Source of the DNA: a virus
Direction: 5' to 3' (one strand)
Length of the DNA stretch: 64,000 nucleotides
IMG/VR virus record: IMGVR_UViG_3300034418_007369
Span: 16,292-80,291 of that record
The notes beneath the pieces are model-generated. The model searched no databases. It had not been told where the DNA came from and saw nothing but the letters and a program-made list of their open reading frames with translations. Every line of letters starts with the position of its first letter. Position 1 is the first letter of the stretch. The translations under genes and the position numbers were made by a program. Below, one piece after another: positions 27,730-38,221 of this stretch.

Positions 27730-29381
27730 TGAGAAAAAAGAAGATATTGTTTGTTTCTGAGGCTTCGTGGCTTAGTACCGGATATTCCGTATATACCAAG
27801 GAAGTTCTTAGTAGACTAAATCAGATAGAAGAATTTGAAGTTGCTGAACTAGCCTGCTATACGGACGCAGCAAATCCAAATATAAAAAAAACACCTTGGA
27901 AGGTATACGCCAATAAACCATTACCAGACGATCCAAATCTAAATATTTACAAATCTAACACAATTGCTCAATTTGGTGAATTATCATTTAATAGCGTACT
28001 GCTAGACTTTATGCCAGATATTGTGATGGATATTAGAGACTGGTGGATGCTAGAGTTTGAACAGCGCTCGCCTTTTAGAGACATGTTTCACTGGGCGATT
28101 ATGCCAACGGTAGACGCATCGCCACAAAATATGCAATGGATAAATACGTATGACTCTGCGGATTCCGTGTTTGCTTATTCTGAATTTGGAAGAGATACGA
28201 TGAGTCGTCAATGCGACACGATAAAGTTTGTTGATGTGGCGTCTCCGGCGGCCAGTAAGGTATTCAGTCCAGTAGATGATAAGCGCCAGCATAAGATTAA
28301 CATGGGCGTGTCCCCAGATAGTATTATAGTGGGAACCGTAATGAGGAATCAAAAAAGAAAACTATATCCAGATCTGTTTTCTTCATTTAGAAAATTTTTA
28401 GATATTGCAAATAAAGATAACGTGTTTTTATACGCGCACACCTACTATCCAGATGTTGGATGGGAGATTCCACAGCTAATACAAGAAAACGGTCTTTCTA
28501 ATCGCGTACTGATGACATATAAGTGTAAGAAGTGTGACACTATCAGTGTTGACTTTTTTCAGAATTCTGTTCAGGTATGTAATAAATGTAAGAGTTTGTC
28601 TAATCAGCTTGTTGGCATAGGCAATTCAATAGAAGAAAATAGACTCTCGCAGATTTACAATCTGTTTGATATTTATGTCCAATACGCAAACAGCGAAGGC
28701 TTTGGTATGCCGCAGCTTGAAGCGGCGCACTGCTCTCTTCCTGTTATTTCTACTTATTATTCTGCCATGCAGTCTGTAATAGACAATATTGGTGGAATCG
28801 GAATAGAGCCAATTTCATACTATAAAGAATGTGAAACGGGATGCAACAGGGCGGTTCCAGATAATGAGCTTTTTGTTCAGGCTTTACTAGACCTAATTTC
28901 ACGCCATGAAAACGATTCTAATTATTTGGTTGATCTGGGTAGGACCATTATGGAAAAAGCCAAACATCACTATACTTGGGATGCAGCTGCCGACAAGTGG
29001 GCTGCTAGATTTAAAGAGGTGGAACTAAAAGACCCAAAAGAAACTTGGCTGTCTCCATCAAAAATTAGAGTACCAAAAACTGAACTACCCGCCTCACTTA
29101 AAAACGCCAAAGAAATAACGGATTTTATTTTTAATAGTGTTTTGTGCAAGCCCGAATGGATCGGTAATCATATTTGGAGAAGGATGTTAAGAGATTTGAC
29201 ATTTGGCTATAAGTGCGAAAGTTCTAATAAAGAGTTTTACTTTAATGAGTCTCATAACAAATCTCAAAAATCAAGTTTGCCCTTTTCTCCTCAAGATGCA
29301 CTAAAAGAAATGTTAAACTTTAGAAATCAGATGAACTCTTGGGAACAGGCCAGATTAAGAAAAATCGGAGCAATAAAATGA
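27729..29381 (+). CDS. glycosyltransferase family 4 with inserted Cys4 zinc motif
   Basis: STGYS, VMRNQKRK, EGFGMPQLEAAHC; CKKC...CNKC insert. Confidence 0.88.
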   Translation: MRKKKILFVSEASWLSTGYSVYTKEVLSRLNQIEEFEVAELACYTDAANPNIKKTPWKVYANKPLPDDPNLNIYKSNTIAQFGELSFNSVLLDFMPDIVMDIRDWWMLEFEQRSPFRDMFHWAIMPTVDASPQNMQWINTYDSADSVFAYSEFGRDTMSRQCDTIKFVDVASPAASKVFSPVDDKRQHKINMGVSPDSIIVGTVMRNQKRKLYPDLFSSFRKFLDIANKDNVFLYAHTYYPDVGWEIPQLIQENGLSNRVLMTYKCKKCDTISVDFFQNSVQVCNKCKSLSNQLVGIGNSIEENRLSQIYNLFDIYVQYANSEGFGMPQLEAAHCSLPVISTYYSAMQSVIDNIGGIGIEPISYYKECETGCNRAVPDNELFVQALLDLISRHENDSNYLVDLGRTIMEKAKHHYTWDAAADKWAARFKEVELKDPKETWLSPSKIRVPKTELPASLKNAKEITDFIFNSVLCKPEWIGNHIWRRMLRDLTFGYKCESSNKEFYFNESHNKSQKSSLPFSPQDALKEMLNFRNQMNSWEQARLRKIGAIK

Positions 29382-30454
29382 AAATATTGTATATAGGACA
29401 CTACAAGGATGGAACGGGTTGGGGAGATGCCGCCAAGAATAATATTATAGCTTTATCTAAAGCCGGTGTTGATGTTGTGCCTAGAGCCATTTCTTACAAC
29501 GAAAAAGATTCTGAGCCAGATGAAGAAATAAGTAAATTAGAACAAAAAAGCTCCGAAGGTTGCGATATCTGTATTCAGCATACGCTTCCGTCTAATTATG
29601 TTTATGATTCTAATTTTAAAAACATCGGATATCTAGCCACGGAAAGTAGCGATTTTGTAGATACGGCTTGGCAGAAAAATATAAATATGATGGATGAACT
29701 TTGGGTTCCGTCTGAATACGTCAAAAATTCTTGCGTAAAAAGCGGTGTCACAATACCCATCAAGATCGCCCCGCACTGTCTTAATATAGATTCATATTTA
29801 AAAGCAGAAGACGGCGCGAAAATTTCACAACTGCTAAACACTTTTAACTTTGCTTTTGTGGGAGAATTTATAGAGAGAAAAAATATACAAGCCTTAATTA
29901 AAGCGTTCCATACAGAATTTCATCCAAAAGAAAATGTAAGCCTGCTTATTAAGACTTCTGGTGTTGACATTAGTGTTGTAAATAATCTAATTCAAGCAAC
30001 CAAAAAGGGCCTAAAACTAAGAGAAAAATATAAGGAAGATATTGTTATATCGGGAAAACTAGAAAAAAAAGACTATCTTTCAGTGCTCAAGCAGTGTCAT
30101 GCTTTTGTCATGCCAAGCAGAGGCGAGGGTTTTTGTATTCCGGCGCTAGAAGCGATGGCTCTTGGCGTTCCCGCCATCTACACAAAAGGAACGGCCATGT
30201 CTGAATTTTGCATAGGCTCGGCTGTTGAAAGCCATAGCGTAGCATGTTTTGGCGGCATGGGATCACTGCCAAACATATACACCGCAAATAGTAACTGGCA
30301 AGAAATTAATATTAGAGACCTTCAAGCAAAAATGAGAAACGCTTATACAAAAGGAACAGACATAGACAAAAAAGAAAGATGTCAAAATAAGGCAAAAGAA
30401 TACTCTCACGAAAATATTGGAAAGCTATTTAAGGAGTTGTTGAATGACAAGTAG
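29378..30454 (+). CDS. glycosyltransferase family 4
   Basis: TGWG, VGEFIERKN, PSRGEGFCIPALEAMALG. Confidence 0.9.
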   Translation: MKILYIGHYKDGTGWGDAAKNNIIALSKAGVDVVPRAISYNEKDSEPDEEISKLEQKSSEGCDICIQHTLPSNYVYDSNFKNIGYLATESSDFVDTAWQKNINMMDELWVPSEYVKNSCVKSGVTIPIKIAPHCLNIDSYLKAEDGAKISQLLNTFNFAFVGEFIERKNIQALIKAFHTEFHPKENVSLLIKTSGVDISVVNNLIQATKKGLKLREKYKEDIVISGKLEKKDYLSVLKQCHAFVMPSRGEGFCIPALEAMALGVPAIYTKGTAMSEFCIGSAVESHSVACFGGMGSLPNIYTANSNWQEINIRDLQAKMRNAYTKGTDIDKKERCQNKAKEYSHENIGKLFKELLNDK

Positions 30455-31505
30455 AGCCAGTCAAAGATCAGTTAGAAGCATATTAAGGTCCGCCCACAGA
30501 CCCAAAAAACTTAATATATTAACATTTTGCGCACATGAAAGATATGAACAAAATCTTTGTAAGACTGGTCATAATTTTTATTCAGTTGGCGTTGGTAAAA
30601 CTTGGGACACCGATTACGGAAAAATACCAGAAAACTATCACGTCATTAATAGTATTCCAGATTACTTAGATTTTGATTTGATATTGGCGCACACGGACGA
30701 CAACAGAGTGGCCGCTGTTTACAGCCATCTGTCTGGAGACGATAAAAAAAATCTAAACAGAACTCATATCCCGATTTTGAGGCACAATCATGTTCTTCCA
30801 GATGTTAGATATGACATAGAGATGCAAAAAAAAGCAGCAGTAAATCCAATTTTTAATTTCTTTTCTTTTATTTCAAACTATTCTAGGGATCGGTGGGGCT
30901 TTAGCAAAGATAATTCATTAGTTATCGAGCATGGTATTGATACAGATTTCTGGAATCCGGGATCAGAAAAAAGAGACAATGTTTGTCTTTCTGTTGTAAA
31001 CGATTGGCCCAATAGGGATTGGTGCTGTGGATGGAATGTTTGGAGGCATACGGTTGGAATGAAGGGCGGATCTGGAACCAAGACAGACCCTTGGCAGTGC
31101 GATCTTCCAATTAGAGTGTTTGGCAAGAGTCCCGGATTATCTGTTCCGGCTGAGTCAACAGAGCATCTAAGAGAGATTTACCAAAAGTCAAGAATATTTT
31201 ATAACACATCTATACATTCGCCTGTTCCAACTGTATTATTAGAAGCTATGGCGTGTGGATGCGCAATTGTTTCAACCGCAACATGTATGATACCAGAATT
31301 TATAAAACACGGCCAAAATGGATTAATATCAAATGATGTCAATGAGCTAAAATCTTATCTAAAGATGCTTATGGAAAACGAAAACATTGCCAAAAAACTA
31401 GGACAAAACGCAAGAAAAACAATTGAAGAAAAATTTAGCCTAGACAAATTTGTTAACAATTGGAATAAAACTTTTGACTTGGCGACGACTCTATACAAAG
31501 GATAA
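30444..31505 (+). CDS. glycosyltransferase family 4
   Basis: IEHGIDTDFW, LLEAMACGCAIVS, IKHGQNG, LGQNARKTI. Confidence 0.88.
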   Translation: MTSRASQRSVRSILRSAHRPKKLNILTFCAHERYEQNLCKTGHNFYSVGVGKTWDTDYGKIPENYHVINSIPDYLDFDLILAHTDDNRVAAVYSHLSGDDKKNLNRTHIPILRHNHVLPDVRYDIEMQKKAAVNPIFNFFSFISNYSRDRWGFSKDNSLVIEHGIDTDFWNPGSEKRDNVCLSVVNDWPNRDWCCGWNVWRHTVGMKGGSGTKTDPWQCDLPIRVFGKSPGLSVPAESTEHLREIYQKSRIFYNTSIHSPVPTVLLEAMACGCAIVSTATCMIPEFIKHGQNGLISNDVNELKSYLKMLMENENIAKKLGQNARKTIEEKFSLDKFVNNWNKTFDLATTLYKG

Positions 31506-31508
31506 TCC

Positions 31509-31931
31509 ATGAAAATATATTTATCAGAAAAAAAATTAACTAATGACGATTTTATTCATGTCTCTAGTATCATGCATCTTGATAATGCTGTATTAGATGG
31601 CGAGGCGACGGAAATTGTTGCAGACAGTTTTTTAAATCAATTTAAGATTGAAGATTTAGAAAAAGTCATACAAAAAATAGTAAGCAAAATGAGAATTAAA
31701 TCAGAAATTAGTATTCAGGGCAAAGACTTGGATATTTTGATCCTTAAATATAACCGGGGAGAAATTTCTATACAAGATTTAAACAGGGATCTTATTGGCG
31801 AATCGCCTGTGTCAAGTTTAATAAATGTAGAAACTCTTCAAGAAGCTCTACCAAAAAACATAGAGGTTTCTTACATGTCTGTAGACCAACAAACAGGAAA
31901 TTTTTTAATAAAAGGGAAAAGATCAAAATGA
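31509..31931 (+). CDS. hypothetical protein, degenerate methyltransferase-like fold
   Basis: DGEATEIVADSFLNQF...KMRIKSEISIQGKD resembles the post-motif-I half of type-11 MTases but lacks GxG. Confidence 0.4.
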   Translation: MKIYLSEKKLTNDDFIHVSSIMHLDNAVLDGEATEIVADSFLNQFKIEDLEKVIQKIVSKMRIKSEISIQGKDLDILILKYNRGEISIQDLNRDLIGESPVSSLINVETLQEALPKNIEVSYMSVDQQTGNFLIKGKRSK

Positions 31932-32722
31932 TGGAAATGAAATGTTCGGGTTGTGTTTTTACTAAAGTCAAGGACTCTAAACAGGCCGGATGCATGTTGA
32001 ATAGAATAGAGAAACTTCAAGAAACCAACACGGAAGAAAAGGACGGAGTAGAGTACAAGGTTTTAAAAAGATTTTGCAATACGCATCGCCCAGAGCGATG
32101 GCTACAAAAGCTCACGCTTGACAAGAGTCTAGACGCCACTAGCACTGCGCTCGAAGAAGTAAGACCAAGAGTTGGATTTATTGTTTATTTAGACCACTCA
32201 AAAGATAATCCGTTGACATGGCTTGAGTCAACTCTCATGGATATCAGAGATCAAACAGAGTCGGCTGCCAGATATGTGATTGTTGTTAACGAAAAAGTGG
32301 AATATAATCAACAAATTCATGATATGCTGCTGCTATTTTTCAATAAAGAAAAAACAGAGATTCACCTTTTACAATTATTAGAAGTACCTACAAATAAAAT
32401 ATGGATTGTTGATGAGTGCTTTCGGTTCGCTTTAAACGGATGGATTTATGTAACAACATCTGGCGAAGCGGTTAGTAGAAGCCTATTACAAGACATGCAT
32501 GAGCACATTAATATAAAAATGAAAAGACTGTCTGTAGTTAAGCCATACGAAGGTATTAATGGGCTTCTATTTCAAACGGCGCTATTTAAATATTTAAATG
32601 GCAATAAAACAAAGATTTGGGATGAAGATAAAAAAGACTCTAGACTATTTCTAGATAAAATAAAAGATCTAGACGCCGAGAATGATTGTATTTTAGAATG
32701 GAGTGATGTCAATGTTGCCTAA
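31928..32722 (+). CDS. hypothetical protein (Cys-rich N-terminus, degenerate GT-A-like region)
   Basis: CSGCVF...C...C N-terminus; located inside the GT operon. Confidence 0.5.
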   Translation: MMEMKCSGCVFTKVKDSKQAGCMLNRIEKLQETNTEEKDGVEYKVLKRFCNTHRPERWLQKLTLDKSLDATSTALEEVRPRVGFIVYLDHSKDNPLTWLESTLMDIRDQTESAARYVIVVNEKVEYNQQIHDMLLLFFNKEKTEIHLLQLLEVPTNKIWIVDECFRFALNGWIYVTTSGEAVSRSLLQDMHEHINIKMKRLSVVKPYEGINGLLFQTALFKYLNGNKTKIWDEDKKDSRLFLDKIKDLDAENDCILEWSDVNVA

Positions 32723-33467
32723 AGTAGCCATCATATGTGCAAATTATAATTATGGCAGGTATATTGTTGCCGCCATGAATAGTATAATAAATCAGACATA
32801 CGAAGGTGAGCTTCGTTTGTATGTTGTAGACGATGGATCGTCTGACGATTCATGGGATAAAATTTGCGGCTATGTTAATAGCTATAGTCACCCAGCAGAA
32901 GGTCAAGATAAGATTTACACGAAGCGAATCGAAAACTCTGGTGCTAGTGTCGCCCGCAATACAGCAATTGAAATGTGCTGGGACTGGGCCGATATCATTG
33001 GCGTTCTCGATGCGGATGACGAATACAAACCAAGAAAAGTAGAAAAGTTTGTAAACAAGCTGATTGAATATCCTGAGATTGGCGCGGTTTATGGGGACTA
33101 TGATATTCATAAAACATATGCAGGTAAATCATATACAAAAGAAGAGTTCAAGCCATCATATTCTAGAGAAGAACTGTTAAAAAATTGCATCGTTCATAGC
33201 AACTCTTTGATAAAAAAAGAATTTTTACAATCCGTCAGATTGCCCAATGGAGAATTTTTTGACAGTAGGCTGCATGGGCCAGCCAGTAAAGGATTTATCG
33301 GATGCACAGAGGATTACGATCTATGGCTCAGGATATCTAAAGTTTGTATCATTTGCCACGTTCCAGAATCGTTATCTATTGTTAATGAATCCGGTCAAAA
33401 TCAGTCCATGAAAATGACAAACGATGTCTTTAAACAAAACGCCGAAATATTAAGGAGTAGGTTTTGA
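32712..33467 (+). CDS. glycosyltransferase family 2
   Basis: ICANYNYGRYI, VVDDGSSDDS, NSGASVARN, LDADD, EDYDLWLR. Confidence 0.92.
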   Translation: MLPKVAIICANYNYGRYIVAAMNSIINQTYEGELRLYVVDDGSSDDSWDKICGYVNSYSHPAEGQDKIYTKRIENSGASVARNTAIEMCWDWADIIGVLDADDEYKPRKVEKFVNKLIEYPEIGAVYGDYDIHKTYAGKSYTKEEFKPSYSREELLKNCIVHSNSLIKKEFLQSVRLPNGEFFDSRLHGPASKGFIGCTEDYDLWLRISKVCIICHVPESLSIVNESGQNQSMKMTNDVFKQNAEILRSRF

Positions 33468-34180
33468 ACAGGTCTACAACATCAATTAAGAAAAATATAA
33501 CAGAGAAAGGATTGTCTGTTGTTATTCTTTCTGCTGGCGCAGGATCTAGAATTAGGTCTAATGAACCAAGAAGCCTAATAAAAGTTAAAGATGACTATCT
33601 TATAAATCATCAGATAAAAGCTGTTAAAAGCATATTTAAAAATGTAGAAGTTATTGGCGTTTTTGGAACACATCTAGAAAAAATAATAAAAAAGCTAGAT
33701 AACAAAATAAGGGTTGTAGAAAACCAATTACATAATACAACAAACAACTCAGAAAGCATGAGGCTTGGTTTAAATAACTGCCTATATGACAATGTTTTGT
33801 TTATTCATGGAGATATTTTTTTTAAAAGCTGCTTACTAGAAAGTGCAGACTTTAATAAATCGTTTTTAGTGGTTGATGCTAACCAAGACATGGAAGAAAA
33901 AGAAGTTGGGGTAACTATTAATAAAAAAGACGTTTCCATACTGTCATACGGGCTGCCAAAAAAATGGTGTCAAATCTGTTTTGTCACGGGTAAAGAACTA
34001 AGAATTCTTAAATCAATATTTTTAAAGTTTCAGGCAGTAGATAAAAAAATGTTATCTTTTGAGATTTTAAACAAAGTCATAGAAAACGGCGGATCTTTCC
34101 GGCATCATGAAAAAAAAGATTCGCACACTATAGAAATAGACTGCATCAAGGATTTAGAAAATGAAAATTTTAATTTGTAA
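33464..34180 (+). CDS. NTP transferase (LicC/MobA-like sugar- or choline-phosphate nucleotidyltransferase)
   Basis: ILSAGAGSRI...PRSLI, HGDIFF, IEIDCIKDL. Confidence 0.75.
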   Translation: MNRSTTSIKKNITEKGLSVVILSAGAGSRIRSNEPRSLIKVKDDYLINHQIKAVKSIFKNVEVIGVFGTHLEKIIKKLDNKIRVVENQLHNTTNNSESMRLGLNNCLYDNVLFIHGDIFFKSCLLESADFNKSFLVVDANQDMEEKEVGVTINKKDVSILSYGLPKKWCQICFVTGKELRILKSIFLKFQAVDKKMLSFEILNKVIENGGSFRHHEKKDSHTIEIDCIKDLENENFNL

Positions 34181-35198
34181 CGACGGACGACACGCCCATT
34201 TCTTTCAAAGAATGTCGTGGGCTAATGCTCTTACGGCGGCTGGCCATCAGGTGTTCCTTTGGGAAAAGGATACTATGCCAGCTTTTGACGCTTTTGATAC
34301 GTGTGAGCCAGATATTTTTCTTGGGCAGGCTTATAATCTAGACGAAGCGACGATTAAATGCGTCAAAGAAAGACCACACCTAAGAGTTGGACTGCGCGCC
34401 GGAGACTGGGGCGATCAAACAAAAGATATAGATCAAAATAAATTTAACATCTTGACACTTACAACAAAAGAAGTTAAGATGCTAGAAGAATTAAAAAACG
34501 AAACAGGCGCTCCTGATTTTGTTCATATACACTATCCAGAATGGGCGGTAGAACAAACACATAATCGCTTTGAAAGTATCGGAATCAAAGCTGTATCACT
34601 AATGATGTGCGCAGACACTACCGTATATGGAGGCGGACAAAGAAGAGAAGAGCTTATGTGCGATATAGGATTTGTTGGAGGATACTGGCCCTATAAAGGA
34701 CAGATTATAGATCAATATCTTATGCCTCTTTTACATCCTGTTGGCAGATATAATGTAAAAATATTCGGCAATCAACCTTGGCCTGCAAATCAATATTGCG
34801 GATTAATACAAGACAATAAAGTAAAAGACTTATTTGTTTCTTCTAAAATATGTCCAAACCTTAGTGAGCCTCACGCGCACGAGTTTGGATTTGATGTAAA
34901 TGAAAGAATATTTAAAGTTTTATATGCTGGCGGCTTCTGTATCACTGATAATGTAGAAGGGTATAAAATGTTTGGTGATGGCATTGTAATTGCAGATTCC
35001 CCAAAAGATTTTACAGACAAAGTAGAATACTACGCAAACACTGATGCCGGAACAATGGATAGGTCAGAGATAATCCAAAAAGGACAAACACTTGTGAAAG
35101 AAAATCACACAAACTATCATAGGACCGCACAGATTATGGATTTATTTGGCTACAAAGACGAAGCTAAAAAACTATTAGGGATTGCTAATGAACTCTAG
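34161..35198 (+). CDS. CgeB-like glycosyltransferase (GT-B)
   Basis: CDIGFVG, SSKICPN, VNERIFKV...GGFCITD, HTNYHR. Confidence 0.8.
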   Translation: MKILICNDGRHAHFFQRMSWANALTAAGHQVFLWEKDTMPAFDAFDTCEPDIFLGQAYNLDEATIKCVKERPHLRVGLRAGDWGDQTKDIDQNKFNILTLTTKEVKMLEELKNETGAPDFVHIHYPEWAVEQTHNRFESIGIKAVSLMMCADTTVYGGGQRREELMCDIGFVGGYWPYKGQIIDQYLMPLLHPVGRYNVKIFGNQPWPANQYCGLIQDNKVKDLFVSSKICPNLSEPHAHEFGFDVNERIFKVLYAGGFCITDNVEGYKMFGDGIVIADSPKDFTDKVEYYANTDAGTMDRSEIIQKGQTLVKENHTNYHRTAQIMDLFGYKDEAKKLLGIANEL

Positions 35199-36150
35199 AA
35201 AAATTGTAATTACTGGCGGTACTGGATTTCTTGGTAAGGCCGTTCGTAAAGCGTTGTTGGATTCTAATGATACTATTATTCCACTTAGAGGAAGAGGTGA
35301 ATGGGACTTAACAAAACAAAAACATGTTGAATATTTGTTTGCTCATAATACTCCAGATGTCATTGTGCATCTCGCTGCTAGAGTTGGCGGAATAGGGGCG
35401 AATAAGGAAAACCCCGGATTGTTCATGTATGAGAATCTGGCGATGGGGATGAACTTGATTGAAACGGCCAGAAAATATGGCGCGCTAAAGAAGTTTGTTA
35501 TGGTTGGGACAGTGTGCGCATATCCAAAGTTTACGCCGGTTCCATTCAAAGAAGAAGATATATGGAACGGCTATCCAGAAGAGACCAATGCGCCTTATGG
35601 GATCGCTAAAAAAGCCCTTATGGAAATGCTTGCGGCTTATAATGCTCAATATGGACTTAACTGTACTAATCTCATTCCTGTAAATATGTATGGGCCGCAT
35701 GATAATTTTCACCCAAGCATTAGTCATGTTATTCCCGCCATTATTTTAAAGATAGATAAAGCTATTCAAAATAAAGAAAGTTCTGTAGAACTCTGGGGAA
35801 CTGGAAACGCCAGTAGAGAATTCCTTTATGTGGATGACTGTGCCGAAGCTATTAAACTAGCAATAGATACAGACACCACACCAGACCCAATCAACATTGG
35901 AACAGGTGTAGAGTTTACAATATCCGCTCTAGCCGAGAAGATAGCATCAATTATGGGATATGAAGGCGATGTCTTATTCAATGCAAACGGAATGGATGGG
36001 CAGCCGCGACGATGTTTAGACACCTCGAAAGCAAAAGACGCGCTAGGATTTGAGGCGCAAACAGGTTTAATATCAGGACTGAAACAAACTATTGAATGGT
36101 ACAATAATAATAAAGAAAAATTTACTAGTTACTTTAAGGATATTGACTAA
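35188..36150 (+). CDS. fcl: GDP-L-fucose synthase (GDP-4-keto-6-deoxymannose epimerase/reductase)
   Basis: TGGTGFLG, HLAARVGGIGAN, TVCAYPK, YGIAKK, YGPHDNF, WGTGNASREFLYVDD, DGQPRR. Confidence 0.92.
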   Translation: MNSRKIVITGGTGFLGKAVRKALLDSNDTIIPLRGRGEWDLTKQKHVEYLFAHNTPDVIVHLAARVGGIGANKENPGLFMYENLAMGMNLIETARKYGALKKFVMVGTVCAYPKFTPVPFKEEDIWNGYPEETNAPYGIAKKALMEMLAAYNAQYGLNCTNLIPVNMYGPHDNFHPSISHVIPAIILKIDKAIQNKESSVELWGTGNASREFLYVDDCAEAIKLAIDTDTTPDPINIGTGVEFTISALAEKIASIMGYEGDVLFNANGMDGQPRRCLDTSKAKDALGFEAQTGLISGLKQTIEWYNNNKEKFTSYFKDID

Positions 36151-36152
36151 AC

Positions 36153-36629
36153 ATGAAAATATTAGTTACTGGACTAGAAAGCTCTTGTACAAAAATAGTG
36201 TCTAAAATTTTTAGTGATAATCTTAAAATAGATGGATATGAAAAATATAATGGAGTAATGAGAATAAGCGATGATAAAAACCTAGTTTCACACATGAGCT
36301 TACCCTCTGGACAGAGAACGTTTTTCTATATACCAAAAATTAAAGATTGGGATATTATAACTATCGCTACTAGGGATTATAATTGTTCTTTAAAATCAAA
36401 AATAAATAACCATCAGCCAATAGTTAAAAATGCAATTGCCGAGCACGATAATGGCGCATATATACTATCTGAAATGATAAAATTTGATAACGTGCATGTT
36501 TTTTCTTATGAAAGCTGGTTTTTACTTGGGGATCTATATGTTAAGAAATTTTTAAATCAGTTCAATATAGACTACTCAAAAAAAATAAATCCCGAAAACG
36601 TTAATAAAAAATACATGAAAGATTTTTAA
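36153..36629 (+). CDS. P-loop sulfotransferase-like protein
   Basis: ILVTGLESSCTK resembles the 5'-PSB loop; TRD...S resembles 3'-PB; SYE motif. Confidence 0.45.
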   Translation: MKILVTGLESSCTKIVSKIFSDNLKIDGYEKYNGVMRISDDKNLVSHMSLPSGQRTFFYIPKIKDWDIITIATRDYNCSLKSKINNHQPIVKNAIAEHDNGAYILSEMIKFDNVHVFSYESWFLLGDLYVKKFLNQFNIDYSKKINPENVNKKYMKDF

Positions 36630-37477
36630 TGATTACATCTATTATATTCAGTAAAAATAGACCTTTGCAGCTTGACTTATGTCTAAATAGCATAAAGCAA
36701 AACTTTCCACAATCAACACAGAATATTGTGATTCACAACAACTCTGTTGAGTTTGGGAAGGCTCATTTGCAGCAAAAGAAAGAACATCCAGACGTTGAGT
36801 TCTGGCAGCAAACAGAGTCGCTGTTTTGTGATATCTGGGACGCCATGAAAGAAGCCAAGAACGACTATGTGTGCTTTTTTGTAGATGATTGCATTGTCTA
36901 TAATAAGGTATTCCTTGAAGAAATAAATTTACAAAATCTAGAAAAAGATATTGTCTCTTGTATTTCGCTGCGCTTGGGCATGAATATATGTGAAAGAAGT
37001 CACGACAATCAAGCCTTTCCTGACAGGCCAGTAACGTATGGTTTTTCTGAATGTGGCGGATGGATGATTGTCAATAGAACCAGTAATACATATGGGTCAT
37101 ACTGGTCTTATAACTTGTCTGTAGACGGTCACATCTTTAAAAAATCAAGCATGAAAGAAATGTCTTTTGAGCTATGGAAAATTTCTCAATTTAAAGACTG
37201 GAAACAAACGCCAAATGAATTTGAAGGCGCGCTACAGAGGTTCTGGACCATTACTCCCGCTGCCATAGTCTGCCCTTTTCAAAGTGCCGTGGTAAATAGC
37301 CCAAACAATAAAACACAAGACTCTCATGATAATAGGTCTGGAGACTACTACGACTATGATGAGTTTTCTTTATTAAGGAAATATGAAGATGGTAAAAGAA
37401 TTAAATTAAGTAACATTGATTTCGGACACATAAAATGTCCACACACCGAAATAGACATCTTAAAGGACTTAAAATGA
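36629..37477 (+). CDS. GT-A fold glycosyltransferase (GT2-like)
   Basis: IIFSKNRPLQLDLCLNSI, CFFVDD, SLRLG, SVDGHI, PNEFEG. Confidence 0.7.
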   Translation: MITSIIFSKNRPLQLDLCLNSIKQNFPQSTQNIVIHNNSVEFGKAHLQQKKEHPDVEFWQQTESLFCDIWDAMKEAKNDYVCFFVDDCIVYNKVFLEEINLQNLEKDIVSCISLRLGMNICERSHDNQAFPDRPVTYGFSECGGWMIVNRTSNTYGSYWSYNLSVDGHIFKKSSMKEMSFELWKISQFKDWKQTPNEFEGALQRFWTITPAAIVCPFQSAVVNSPNNKTQDSHDNRSGDYYDYDEFSLLRKYEDGKRIKLSNIDFGHIKCPHTEIDILKDLK

Positions 37478-38211
37478 GCATATACGTACATTACGTACAA
37501 TCTATAATAGAAAACTTAGAGCTAAGTCGTGAGCAGTTATTTTTTAAAAGCGACCCAAGATATCAATATGTACTAGAGCACGTAAGCAAAAATCATGGAT
37601 CAGAATATCTTGATCTAATAAAAGAAGAATTTCACAACGTTTACAAAGAACACAAAAACCTATTTGTAAACTTGAGTAAAAAAAACGACTCAGTAGGCAA
37701 GCCTACGCAATATTATTATTTTGATTTCTGTGAATGTTCTCCTACAAACTTGAGATACATCTATCAGTCTTTGTTGATACTCAAATATGCTAATGAGCTT
37801 GGTTTAAAAACACTAGACATCATAGAAATTGGTGGTGGATATGGTGGTCTTTGTTTTTTCTTAAAAAATATGTGCCATATATACTCTGTCAATATAGCAT
37901 CATATGTAATATATGATCTCCCGGAGGCAGAATCATTACAATCAAAATACTTAGAGTATCATGATTTAAGACTCAGCGAAAAACAAACATTAAAAGGCGA
38001 ACATTTCCTGATAAGTAACTACGCATTTAGCGAGCTTCCAGAGCCAATAAGAAAAACATACGAAAAAGAAGTAATAAACCCGTTTTGCTCTTTTGGGTTT
38101 TTGGCTTGGAATGGGTGTGAGTTTTATCGTTTTGTAGACGATAAAGATTTTTTAATAGAAGAAGAAAAACCACAAACACACCCAAACAATAGATACATTT
38201 ATTTCAAATAA
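37474..38211 (+). CDS. putative sugar O-methyltransferase
   Basis: LRY, IIEIGGGYGG, YDLPE, ISNYAFSE. Confidence 0.8.
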   Translation: MSIYVHYVQSIIENLELSREQLFFKSDPRYQYVLEHVSKNHGSEYLDLIKEEFHNVYKEHKNLFVNLSKKNDSVGKPTQYYYFDFCECSPTNLRYIYQSLLILKYANELGLKTLDIIEIGGGYGGLCFFLKNMCHIYSVNIASYVIYDLPEAESLQSKYLEYHDLRLSEKQTLKGEHFLISNYAFSELPEPIRKTYEKEVINPFCSFGFLAWNGCEFYRFVDDKDFLIEEEKPQTHPNNRYIYFK

Positions 38212-38221
38212 GGATTAGAAT

